NCBI GenBank assembly: GCA_965219905.1
Contig: CBDCOS010000002.1
Coordinates: 2,287,318 to 2,351,317 of the forward strand
Reading direction: 5' to 3'
DNA from: an uncultured Candidatus Binatia bacterium
GTDB taxonomy: Bacteria > Desulfobacterota > Binatia > UBA9968 > JAJDTQ01
Length of the DNA stretch: 64,000 nucleotides
Shown one piece after another: positions 7,974 to 18,117 of this stretch (its first letter is position 1; each line of letters starts with the position of its first letter). A program made the translations under genes and the position numbers. The notes under the pieces are model-generated. The model worked only from the letters and a program-made list of their open reading frames with translations. It was not told the DNA's origin and did no database searches.

Positions 7974-8798
7974 TCAGACCGCGATGGTCTGTCCGCCGTC
8001 CACCACCAGGGCGTGGCCGGTGACGAAGGAGGCTTCGTCGGATACCAGGAACAGCACGCCGTAGGCCATCTCCTCCGGACGCGCCATCCGCAGCAGCGCC
8101 TTGTTGCTGTCGGCCATGCGCTTGCGCTGCTCGGGGGTGGCGGCCTGGAGCGACGGCACCGGCGGGTGCCCGCGGAAGCGCGGGGTCTCGGTGGCGCCGG
8201 GGCAGATGCAGTTCACGCGGACGCCCTTGGGGCCGTAGTCCAGCGCCATCTGCCGGGTGAGGCTGATGACCGCCGCCTTGGTGGCGCAGTAGGCCGGGTA
8301 GTTCGCCGACGCCACCAGCCCGAAGGTAGACGCGGTGCTGACGATGTTGCCGCTGCCCTTCTCGAGCATGTGGGGGACCACCGCACGGACGCTCCTCTGG
8401 ATGGCGTTCAGGTTGAGGTCCATGATGAAGTTCCACTCCTCGTCCGTGTGTTCGTGAGCCTGCTTGCGGATCCCGCCGCCGGCGTTGTTGTAGAGGATGT
8501 CCGCGCCCCCGTACCGGTCCATGGCGGTCTTCATCATCTCCTCGGGACCGCCGTCCAGGGTTACGTTCACGTTCAGGAAGGTGGCCTCGCCGCCCTCGTC
8601 GGTAATGAGCTGGTCCACCCGGGGCGTCATGGTCTCCTGGATGTCGCAGCACACGACGTTGGCCCCCTCGCGCGCGAACAGGCGCGCGGTGGCCCGCCCG
8701 ATGCCGCTGTTGGCCCCGGTGATGATGGCCACCTTGCCCCGCAGCCGCCCCAGTCCTTCTCTCAACATCGGATGTTCGTCGCCGTTCGGTTCTGCCAT
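7974..8798 (-). CDS. Short-chain dehydrogenase/reductase
   Basis: TGANSGIG, NNAG, YCATK; GGAGG RBS before ATG 8798. Confidence 0.93.
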   Translation of the reverse strand: MAEPNGDEHPMLREGLGRLRGKVAIITGANSGIGRATARLFAREGANVVCCDIQETMTPRVDQLITDEGGEATFLNVNVTLDGGPEEMMKTAMDRYGGADILYNNAGGGIRKQAHEHTDEEWNFIMDLNLNAIQRSVRAVVPHMLEKGSGNIVSTASTFGLVASANYPAYCATKAAVISLTRQMALDYGPKGVRVNCICPGATETPRFRGHPPVPSLQAATPEQRKRMADSNKALLRMARPEEMAYGVLFLVSDEASFVTGHALVVDGGQTIAV

Positions 8799-9019
8799 GT
8801 TCAAGCCTCCTTGGATTGTGCGCCTTCCGGCTCACTCTCCCTTATCCGATCACCGGGCGATTTCCAAGGGAAAGGCCGACGCCCCCGGTCCACGCACCTG
8901 CCCGGCTTGTCGTACGCTGGATATCCCAGGCAGGTATGCTGTACAAAAAGTTCTCGCCCGGGCCTCGCATGCATGAAACAAGGCCTGCCTCTCCGTCGGA
9001 ATCGCGTGCCGCAGGGACG

Positions 9020-11038
9020 ATGATAAGCTGGAAACTCCCGGAACTCTCGCGTCAGGACCTGCTGGCGCTGCTGGCTCTTACCGTCATGGTCACGGCCGGC
9101 TACTTCCCGGCGCTGTCGGGCGGCTTCATATGGGACGACAAGATTTTCACGCAGAACGAGGTGATACGGGAGGCGTCCGGGCTCTGGAACATCTGGTTTT
9201 CGCCGGGCGACCTCAAGCTGGAGCACCACCATTGGCCGGTCGTCTATACGACCTTCTGGCTCGAGCACAAGCTCTGGGGATTCGCCCCCCTCGGCTCTCA
9301 CCTCGTCAATGTCGCCCTGCATCTGATCAACTCCGTGCTGGTGTGGCGCCTGTTGCTCCGTCTGGGCGTTCCCTGGGCCTGGTTCGCCGCCGCGGTATTC
9401 GCCGTCCACCCCGTCCACGTGGAGTCGGTGGCCTGGATCATCGAGCGCAAGGACGTGCTCTCCGGCCTGTTCTATCTCGCCGCCGCGTTGACCTGGATCC
9501 GGTTTCTGGAAACGCCCCGATGGGGACGCTACGTTTCGGCGCTGGCCCTCTTCGTGGCGGGGCTGCTGTCCAAATCGGTGGTGGTGACCTTGCCGGCGGC
9601 GTTGCTGATCGAGCGTTGGTGGAAGCAGGGCCGGGTCAGCTCCACGGACCTGTTGCGGACGGCACCGTTTTTCGCGGTGGGCCTGTTCGTCACGCTGGCG
9701 GACCTGTGGTTGTACTACACGTCGCGGACGGCGTTGTCTCTGGGCTACTCCCTGGCCGAGCGGGTCCTGATCGCGGCGCGCGCGTTGTGGTTCTACGCGG
9801 GCAAGCTCTTCTGGCCCGCGGACCTGGCGATTATCTATCCGCGCTGGGACATCCACGCCGGAGATCCGCTGGCCTGGGCGTACGTCATCGCCGCCGCGGC
9901 GCTCGCGGCGGTGCTCTGGCTCGGCCGGCATCGGCTGGGCCGGGGCCCCCTGGCCGGAGTGCTGTTCTTCGCGTTGACCCTGTCGCCGATGCTGGGTTTC
10001 CTGGACTACGGCTTCATGCGGCTCTCCTTTGTCGCCGACCGTTTCCAGTACCTGGCGGCCGGTGGCGTGATGGCCGTGGTCGCCGCCGCGGCGGCCCATG
10101 GCGTGGACCGGTTGTCGGGACCGTGGAAGACGGGCGCGCGGGGCCTGGCTGCGGTGGTGCTGGTGCTTCTCGTGGCAATGACCTGGCGCCAGGCCGGCGT
10201 CTACCGGAACGAGATCACGTTCTTCAGCCACGTCGTATCGCTCAATCCCGGGCAGGCTTACGCTCACGAGCGCCGCACCATCCGGTTGGGCCAGGCGGGT
10301 CGTCTGGAGGAAAGCCTCGATGCCGGCCGCTTCGCCGTGGAGCAGCTCCCGGATTCCGCCGGCGCTCATGCCGTCCTGGGCGTCGCCTTCATGAGGCTCC
10401 GGCGATTCGGCGAGGCCGAGGAGAGCCTGCGCCGTGCCCTGGAGATCGATCCGCGCGACAAGTACGCCCTCAAGAGCATGGGCGAGACGTTGAGGTTTCA
10501 AGGCCGGTTCGAGGACGCCATCGAATGGTACCGCAAGGCCCTCGCGGTCGACCGCAACTACGCCGTGGCCCATGCCGGAACAGCCGATGCCCTGGTCCGC
10601 CTCGGCCGTTTCGACGCGGCCCTCCCGTTCCTGAAGACCGCTGTTTCGCTACGGCCCTACGCGCCCATGGCGGGTCACGTCCATTTCCTCCTGGGCCATG
10701 CGTTGCAACAAATGGACCGGCTCGACGAGGCCGCCGGGCATTACGAGCGCGCCCTGCGATTCCACTGGCGCAAGCCCGATACCCTGGCCCGTCTCGCCGC
10801 CCTGCGTTTCCGCCAGAAGCGCTACGAGGAGGCGCTCGCCCTGTATCGAACCGTGGCCGAGATCGTTCCGTCAAAGGCGGTGATACACTCCAACGTCGGG
10901 GTCGCCCTCTACTACCTGAAACGGTACGAAGAGGCGCTTCGGAGCTTCGAACACGCGCTCTCCCTGGACCCGAAGCTTCGGGATGCCCGCGCCGGCGTCC
11001 GGCAGGCGCGCAAGGCCCTGCGGCGAGGAGAGCCATAG
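9020..11038 (+). CDS. TMTC-like membrane glycosyltransferase (GT-C) with C-terminal TPR repeats
   Basis: FIWDD, HPVHVESVAWIIERKDVL, LLSKS, ADRFQYLA motifs followed by multiple TPRs. Confidence 0.85.
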   Translation: MISWKLPELSRQDLLALLALTVMVTAGYFPALSGGFIWDDKIFTQNEVIREASGLWNIWFSPGDLKLEHHHWPVVYTTFWLEHKLWGFAPLGSHLVNVALHLINSVLVWRLLLRLGVPWAWFAAAVFAVHPVHVESVAWIIERKDVLSGLFYLAAALTWIRFLETPRWGRYVSALALFVAGLLSKSVVVTLPAALLIERWWKQGRVSSTDLLRTAPFFAVGLFVTLADLWLYYTSRTALSLGYSLAERVLIAARALWFYAGKLFWPADLAIIYPRWDIHAGDPLAWAYVIAAAALAAVLWLGRHRLGRGPLAGVLFFALTLSPMLGFLDYGFMRLSFVADRFQYLAAGGVMAVVAAAAAHGVDRLSGPWKTGARGLAAVVLVLLVAMTWRQAGVYRNEITFFSHVVSLNPGQAYAHERRTIRLGQAGRLEESLDAGRFAVEQLPDSAGAHAVLGVAFMRLRRFGEAEESLRRALEIDPRDKYALKSMGETLRFQGRFEDAIEWYRKALAVDRNYAVAHAGTADALVRLGRFDAALPFLKTAVSLRPYAPMAGHVHFLLGHALQQMDRLDEAAGHYERALRFHWRKPDTLARLAALRFRQKRYEEALALYRTVAEIVPSKAVIHSNVGVALYYLKRYEEALRSFEHALSLDPKLRDARAGVRQARKALRRGEP

Positions 11039-11194
11039 AGTAGCGGCTGTGTGTTACCCTTCGAGGCGCAATTCGCTACATTGACTTATCGCGTACAGAG
11101 CGGAGCCGGCGCCCGCGCCGGGGGCGGTGCGTTTCCCGGTGCCGTCGCCGGCGGGTGCCGGACGGCATGCGGGCCATCATCGAGGAGGATCGAC

Positions 11195-12076
11195 ATGAAC
11201 CAGGCGGACGAGAGATACGTTGACGTGGACGGCATCCGCACCCGTTACTTCGAAAAGGGCAGCGGCGAGACGGTGGTGCTGTTCCACGGCGGCAACTTCG
11301 GCTCCAACGAGGCGGCCGACGGCAGCCCCGACTGGGGACTGAACTTCGACGGGCTCGCACAGTGGTTCCACGTCGTCGCCGTGGACAAGCTCGGCCAGGG
11401 GATGACCGACAACCCCAAGAGCGACGAGGACTACACCATGGCCGCGGTGGTGCGGCACGCGCTGGCCACGCTGGAGACCCTGAAGCTCGGCAACGTCCAC
11501 CTGGTGGGGCATTCCCGCGGCGGCTACCTGGTGGCGCGCATGACCCTGGAACGGGCGGATCTGATCAAGTCCGTGATCCCGGTGGACACCAACACCCTGG
11601 CCCCCGGAGTCGGAAGGAACGAGGTCGTGCATGCCAACGCCCCGGAGCCGCGGCTGAGCCGGGAGAGCCAGCGTTGGGTGTTGGAGCGCTATTCTTACGG
11701 CTACGACCACGTCACCGACGACTGGCTCGACGACTGCGTGGAAATCGCCCAACAGCCCAAGTACCTGGAGGCGGTGGAGAAGATGGAGACCCAGGGGCTC
11801 AAGGCCAACGTCTTCCTGGCCCGGCACGCGCGGCAGAAGGAAGAGACCCTGGGCTGGATCCGGGACCGCGGCTTCCAACGGCCCACGCTGCTCGTGTGGG
11901 GCTATAACGACCCCACTGCCACCCTCGACCAGGGCATGCGCCTTATGGAGCTCATGGCGGGAAGCGAGCGCCGCACCCAGATGCACATCATCAACGAGGC
12001 CGGCCACTTCTCGTACCGGGAGCATCCCGCGGAGTTCAACGAGGTGCTGCGGGGCTTCATCGCCGCGCAGCAATAG
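11195..12076 (+). CDS. Alpha/beta hydrolase (meta-cleavage product hydrolase-like)
   Basis: FHGG, GHSRGG nucleophile elbow, WGYND, AGHF; GAGGAGG RBS. Confidence 0.85.
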   Translation: MNQADERYVDVDGIRTRYFEKGSGETVVLFHGGNFGSNEAADGSPDWGLNFDGLAQWFHVVAVDKLGQGMTDNPKSDEDYTMAAVVRHALATLETLKLGNVHLVGHSRGGYLVARMTLERADLIKSVIPVDTNTLAPGVGRNEVVHANAPEPRLSRESQRWVLERYSYGYDHVTDDWLDDCVEIAQQPKYLEAVEKMETQGLKANVFLARHARQKEETLGWIRDRGFQRPTLLVWGYNDPTATLDQGMRLMELMAGSERRTQMHIINEAGHFSYREHPAEFNEVLRGFIAAQQ

Positions 12077-12185
12077 GGGTAGAGACGGGCCGCGCCGCGG
12101 CATCGTAGCGGGACGATCGTTTCCAACTTGAAAAAACACGGTACATCACCCATCATCCAAGACTACTACGTATGGAGGTAATCCC

Positions 12186-12527
12186 ATGGGCAAATACATG
12201 TTCCACACTTCGTACACCGCGAAAGGGCTTCCGGGCCTGCTCAAGGAGGGCGGCAGCCGGCGGCGGGCGGCGTTGACCCAGACCATCGAAGGAATGGGCG
12301 GCAGCGTGGAGGGGCTCTACTACGCCTTCGGCGATACGGACCTCTACATCATCGCCGATCTTCCCGACGACGCCACGGCGACGGCCGTGTCGCTTAACAT
12401 CGCCGATGCCGGCGCCCTCACTGTCAAGGCCACCGTGCTGATCACGCCGGAGACGGTGGACGAGGCGGTCAAGAAGAAGGTGCCCTACCGGCCGCCCGGA
12501 GCCCGCGCCGCTCGCGGCCGCAAGTAG
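12186..12527 (+). CDS. GYD domain protein
   Basis: YYAFGDTDLYIIADLPD pattern; GGAGG RBS. Confidence 0.8.
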   Translation: MGKYMFHTSYTAKGLPGLLKEGGSRRRAALTQTIEGMGGSVEGLYYAFGDTDLYIIADLPDDATATAVSLNIADAGALTVKATVLITPETVDEAVKKKVPYRPPGARAARGRK

Positions 12528-12630
12528 GACCTTTAGTGCGGTGTCCCACGCGCCTTTGTAGACGCTTGCGTGGGACACCACATTAGCGGCGGCACCGGCT
12601 TGAGCGGGCGCCGGTGTTCCTTTTTCCGCC

Positions 12631-14535
12631 ATGCCCCTCGTCAGCTTCGAAGACATCTCGCTGGAGCTGGGCGACCAGCGGCTGCTGGCGCACGCCGAGT
12701 TCGCCATCGAGCCCGGGGAGCGGGTCTGCCTGATCGGCCGGAACGGCGCGGGCAAGACCTCCATGCTCCGGCTCATCACCGGCCGGCTCGAGCCCGACCA
12801 CGGCGAGATCCACTACCAGGGCCGCATCCGCATCAGCGAGCTGGAGCAGGCGCTTCCGGAGGAGCTCGGGCAGACGGTGCGGGAATACGTCACCACCGGG
12901 TTGGCGGACCTGCAGGAGCTCATCGACCTCTACCAGCAGCGCTCCGGCGAGGTCCTGGACCGCAAGGGCCTCCTGGAGCTGGAGGCGTTGCACCGGGAGA
13001 TCGACGCCCACGGCGGCTGGCACGTGGACCAGCGGGTGGAAACGGTCCTGAGCGAGTTGGACCTGCCCGCGGACCGGAGGCTGGAGGAGCTTTCCGGCGG
13101 CTGGCAGCGCCGGGTGGGGCTCGCCCGGGCCATCGTCGGTAACGCCGAGCTGCTGCTCCTCGACGAGCCCACCAACCACCTGGACCTGAGCACCATCCAG
13201 TGGCTGGAGGACCGGGTCTACAACTACGCGGGCGCCGTGCTCTTCATCACCCATGACCGCGCCTTCCTGCGCAGGCTCGCCACGCGCATCGTCGAGCTGG
13301 ACCGCACCCGGCTCACGAGCTGGCCGGGAACCTACGACAACTACCTCGACCTCAAGGAAAAGAGCCTGGCGGAGGACGCCCGCCGCAACGCCCTGTTCGA
13401 CAAGCGGCTGGCCCAGGAGGAGGCGTGGATCCGCCAGGGCATCAAGGCCCGCCGCACCCGCAACGAGGGCCGCGTGCGCGCCCTCATGGCCATGCGGGAC
13501 GAGGCGGCCCAACGCCTCAAGCCCCCGAGCCAGGCGCGCATCCACGTGCAGCACGGCGGGCAGTCGGGCCGCAAGGTGGTGGAGCTCCGCAACGTCACCC
13601 ACGGCTACGGCGGCGAGCCGCTGATCCGGAACCTGTCGCTCCGGATCATGCGCGGCGACCGCATCGGCCTCATCGGCAACAACGGCGTGGGCAAGAGCAC
13701 GCTGCTGCGCGTTCTCGTGGGGGAGATGGCGCCCGACTCCGGCGTTGTGGAGCAGGGAGCCAATCTCGAGATCGGCTACTTCGACCAACTGCGGCGTGAG
13801 CTGGACCCGGAGAAGACCGTGGCCGAGACCGTGGCGGACGGCCGCGACCACGTCTTCGTCAACGGCAGGCCGCGCCACGTGGTGGGCTACCTCAAGGGTT
13901 TTCTCTTCAGCCCCAAGCGCGCCTTGACCCCGGTGGCGGCGCTGTCCGGCGGCGAGTGCAACCGCGTCATCCTGGCCCGGTTGCTGACCCAGCCGGCCAA
14001 CCTGCTGGTGCTGGACGAGCCCACCAACGACCTCGACATCGAGACCCTGGAGGTGCTGGAGGAGCAGCTCGTGCGCTACCGCGGCACGCTGCTGGTGGTG
14101 AGCCACGACCGCAGCTTCCTCGACAACTGCGTTACCAGCACGCTGGTGTTCGAGGACACCGGGCTGATCCAGCGCCACGCCGGCGGCTACAGCGACTGGC
14201 TCCGGCGCGGCAAGGCCCTGGCCGTCACCGACGATCCCAACCGCAAGGGCGCACAGGAGCCGGCGCGGGACCGCAGGGAATCCCGTTCCCGGCCCACCAA
14301 GCTCAGCTACATGCTGCAACGGGAACTGGACGAGCTGCCCGGACGCATCGAATCCATGGAGCAGGCCGTGGCCGCGCTGGAGGAAAAGACCCAGCAGCCG
14401 GACTTCTACGCCCGGCCCTTCGCGACGGTCCAGCCGGTCCTCGACGAGCTCAAGACCGCCAAGGCGGCCCTCGACCAGGCGCTGGAGCGCTGGACCGAGC
14501 TGGAGACAATGAGGGAGGAGGCGGAGCGGCGCTAG
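12631..14535 (+). CDS. uup: ABC-F ATPase Uup
   Basis: Two ABC domains (GRNGAGKT, LSGG, LDEPTN), WIRQGIKARRTRNEGRVRAL linker, KLSY..QREL C-terminal domain. Confidence 0.92.
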   Translation: MPLVSFEDISLELGDQRLLAHAEFAIEPGERVCLIGRNGAGKTSMLRLITGRLEPDHGEIHYQGRIRISELEQALPEELGQTVREYVTTGLADLQELIDLYQQRSGEVLDRKGLLELEALHREIDAHGGWHVDQRVETVLSELDLPADRRLEELSGGWQRRVGLARAIVGNAELLLLDEPTNHLDLSTIQWLEDRVYNYAGAVLFITHDRAFLRRLATRIVELDRTRLTSWPGTYDNYLDLKEKSLAEDARRNALFDKRLAQEEAWIRQGIKARRTRNEGRVRALMAMRDEAAQRLKPPSQARIHVQHGGQSGRKVVELRNVTHGYGGEPLIRNLSLRIMRGDRIGLIGNNGVGKSTLLRVLVGEMAPDSGVVEQGANLEIGYFDQLRRELDPEKTVAETVADGRDHVFVNGRPRHVVGYLKGFLFSPKRALTPVAALSGGECNRVILARLLTQPANLLVLDEPTNDLDIETLEVLEEQLVRYRGTLLVVSHDRSFLDNCVTSTLVFEDTGLIQRHAGGYSDWLRRGKALAVTDDPNRKGAQEPARDRRESRSRPTKLSYMLQRELDELPGRIESMEQAVAALEEKTQQPDFYARPFATVQPVLDELKTAKAALDQALERWTELETMREEAERR

Positions 14536-14574
14536 CCCGGAAGCCCCGGCCGAGGTACCCATCCACGCCACACC

Positions 14575-14624
14575 CCTGGATTCCCGCTTTCGCGGGAATG
14601 ACGGAGAGGGGCGGGAATGACGGA
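14575..14624. repeat. dRS3-like REP plus extra half-site
   Basis: cctggattcccgctttcgcgggaatgacggagaggggcgggaatgacgg. Confidence 0.8.
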
Positions 14625-14706
14625 AGGGGCCGCTACTCCGCGAGGGAGCGGACGGGCTCATTGCCTGCCCACCGAACTTCCGATAAGAAGGTGTGCGGAG
14701 ACACCC

Positions 14707-17004
14707 ATGAGAAAACAACGACTGTCGGTGGCCGGGCGCAATTCCATGCGGGTGGACGCGGTGGAGAAGGTGTCCGGCAAGGCGTTCTATACCGGGGACA
14801 TCGAGCTTCCGGGAATGGCGTATGCCAAGATCCTGAGGAGCCCGTTGCCCCATGCGCGGATACTCAACGTCGACGCAAGCAAGGCGCGGGAGTTGCCCGG
14901 GGTCATCGACGTGCTGACACGGGACGAGCTCGCAGGCCTCAACTACCAGTACGGCGCCACCTACAAGGATCAGTCCGTGGTGGCGACGGACAAGGTCCGC
15001 TACGTCGGCGACCCGGTGGCCGCGGTGCTGTCGGCGGACGAGCTGGTGGCCGAGGAGGCCCTGGCGCTCATCGACGTGGAGTACGAGGAGCTGCCGTTCG
15101 TGGACAACGTGGACGACGCCCTGGCGCCGGGGGCGCCGCAGGTGCACGAGGGCGACGTGGCCAAGGCCGAGCTGCGGGGATCGAGGTACGGCGCGCCGCC
15201 CCGGTTCAAGGGCACCAACGTCTGCTACCACTTCGGCTACTCCCGGGGCGACGTGGAGGACGGCTTCGCCAAGTCCGACCACGTCTTCGAGGACGTCTTC
15301 CGCTTCTCCAAGGTGCAGCACTACTCGCTGGAGCCCCACATCTGCCTCGCCCACTACGACGGCGAGCGGCTGACGGTGTGGAGCTCGTGCCAGGACCCGT
15401 TCACGCTGAGGGGGCACCTGGCCGGGATCTTCAAGCTGCCGCTCAACCGGGTGCGGGTGGTGGTGCCCTACGTCGGCGGCGGCTACGGCGGCAAGCTCTA
15501 CGTCAAGGCCGACCCCATCGCGGCGGCGCTGTCGGTGCGGAACGGTCGGCCGGTCAAGCTGGCCATGAGCGTCAACGAGAGCTTCAAGACGGTGACGCGC
15601 CATCCCGCGCGCATCCGCATCAAGACCGGGGTGAGCAGGAAGGGCGAGATGATGGCCCGGGAGCTGGAGGTCTACATGGACACCGGCGCCTACGCCGACG
15701 CCGGTCCCCGGGTGACCCAGAAGGCCGGCTACCGGGCGGTGGGTCCCTACCGCGTCGCCAACGTCAAGATCGACGCCCACGGCGTCTACAGCAACACGGT
15801 GCCGGCGGGGGCGTTCCGCGGCTTCGGCGCGGTGCAGGTGGCCTGGGCCTACGAGTCGCAGATGGACATGATCGCCAACCGGCTCGGCATGGACCCGCTG
15901 GACTTCCGCCTCAAGAACCTGCTGGAGAAGGGCGAGCCCTACACCCCCGGCGACACCCCGGTGGACTGCGACCTCAAGCAGGGGCTTCGCAAGGTGGCCC
16001 GGGCGCTGGACTGGAAGAAGGCCTCCGGGCCCAACGTCGGCAAGGGGTTGAGCGTGTGCCTGAAGGACGCCGGGGGCACCTACAAGGTGGCGGGGGCGAC
16101 GGTGAAGATGTCGTCGGACGGCAGCGCGGTGCTGCTCACCGGAACGGTGGAGGTGGGGCAGGGATGCCGCACGGCGCTCAGCCAGGTGGTGGCGGAGGAG
16201 CTGGGCATCGAGCTCGAGCAGGTGTCGGTGGCGCAACTGGACACCGACGTGACCCCGTTCGACGTCTCCACCAGCGCCAGCAGCTCCATGACGGTCATGG
16301 GCCTCGCGACCCAGCGGGCCGCCCAGGACGTCAAGAAGCAGTTGCTGCGGGCGGCGGCCAGGGTCATGAAGGAGAAGGCCGGCGACCTCACGCTCAAGGG
16401 CGGCCGGGTGCGCGCCGGCAAGGGCCGGGGGGTGGCCTACAGCGACATCATTTCCGAGTACTTCGGCAGCTCCGCCACCGAGATCGTCGGCCGCGGGGTG
16501 TACCAGGACAAGAAGAGCAAGACCGCGGTACTGGGCTCCCCCACCACCTTCTGGGAGGTGGGCTGGGGCGGCGTGGAGCTGGAGGTGGACCCGGAGACCG
16601 GCGTCATCCGCATCCTCAAGTACGTGTCCATGGCCGACGTGGGCCGGGCCATCAACCCGTTGCAGTGCGAGGGCCAGGACGAGGGCGGCGTGGTCTTCGC
16701 CATCGGGCACACGCTGCTGGAAGACATGGTGTACGAGAACGGCCAGCTCCTGAACCCGAACCTCATCGACTACCGGGTGCCGAACTTCCACGACCTGCCG
16801 GAGAACTTCATCTCCGAGCTGGTGGAGAGCGGCAACGGCCCCGGCCCGTTCGGCGCCAAGGGCATGGGCGAGGGCGGCGTGCTGCCGGCCGCTTCCGCCA
16901 TTGCCGCGGCGGTGGAAGACGCCGTGGGAGTGCGCATCTGCGACCTGCCGCTGTCGCCGCCCAAGGTGTGGCAGCGGCTGCAGGAGCGCGCGAGCGCCGG
17001 CTAA
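14707..17004 (+). CDS. Xanthine dehydrogenase family molybdopterin-binding large subunit
   Basis: VGGGYGGK, GAFRGFG, EVGQG, GQDEGG, GAKGMGE Moco motifs. Confidence 0.92.
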   Translation: MRKQRLSVAGRNSMRVDAVEKVSGKAFYTGDIELPGMAYAKILRSPLPHARILNVDASKARELPGVIDVLTRDELAGLNYQYGATYKDQSVVATDKVRYVGDPVAAVLSADELVAEEALALIDVEYEELPFVDNVDDALAPGAPQVHEGDVAKAELRGSRYGAPPRFKGTNVCYHFGYSRGDVEDGFAKSDHVFEDVFRFSKVQHYSLEPHICLAHYDGERLTVWSSCQDPFTLRGHLAGIFKLPLNRVRVVVPYVGGGYGGKLYVKADPIAAALSVRNGRPVKLAMSVNESFKTVTRHPARIRIKTGVSRKGEMMARELEVYMDTGAYADAGPRVTQKAGYRAVGPYRVANVKIDAHGVYSNTVPAGAFRGFGAVQVAWAYESQMDMIANRLGMDPLDFRLKNLLEKGEPYTPGDTPVDCDLKQGLRKVARALDWKKASGPNVGKGLSVCLKDAGGTYKVAGATVKMSSDGSAVLLTGTVEVGQGCRTALSQVVAEELGIELEQVSVAQLDTDVTPFDVSTSASSSMTVMGLATQRAAQDVKKQLLRAAARVMKEKAGDLTLKGGRVRAGKGRGVAYSDIISEYFGSSATEIVGRGVYQDKKSKTAVLGSPTTFWEVGWGGVELEVDPETGVIRILKYVSMADVGRAINPLQCEGQDEGGVVFAIGHTLLEDMVYENGQLLNPNLIDYRVPNFHDLPENFISELVESGNGPGPFGAKGMGEGGVLPAASAIAAAVEDAVGVRICDLPLSPPKVWQRLQERASAG

Positions 17005-17075
17005 TTCTGCGGTGCGAAGTGTAAGGGCGACCGGCGGTCGCCCCAGATGCGCCGCACCGACGAAAGGATTTCCTC

Positions 17076-18080
<1,005 letters not shown>

Positions 18081-18117
18081 GGAAAACGCCGGCCAACAGT
18101 TCCGCCGGGAGATCGCC

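Noticed and set aside
12583-16791. 1402-aa minus-strand ORF and other long antisense or alternate-frame ORFs (e.g. 13956-17024, 18034-20139, 7338-9023)
   Set aside because: Shadow ORFs of well-supported genes in high-GC DNA, with no family motifs.
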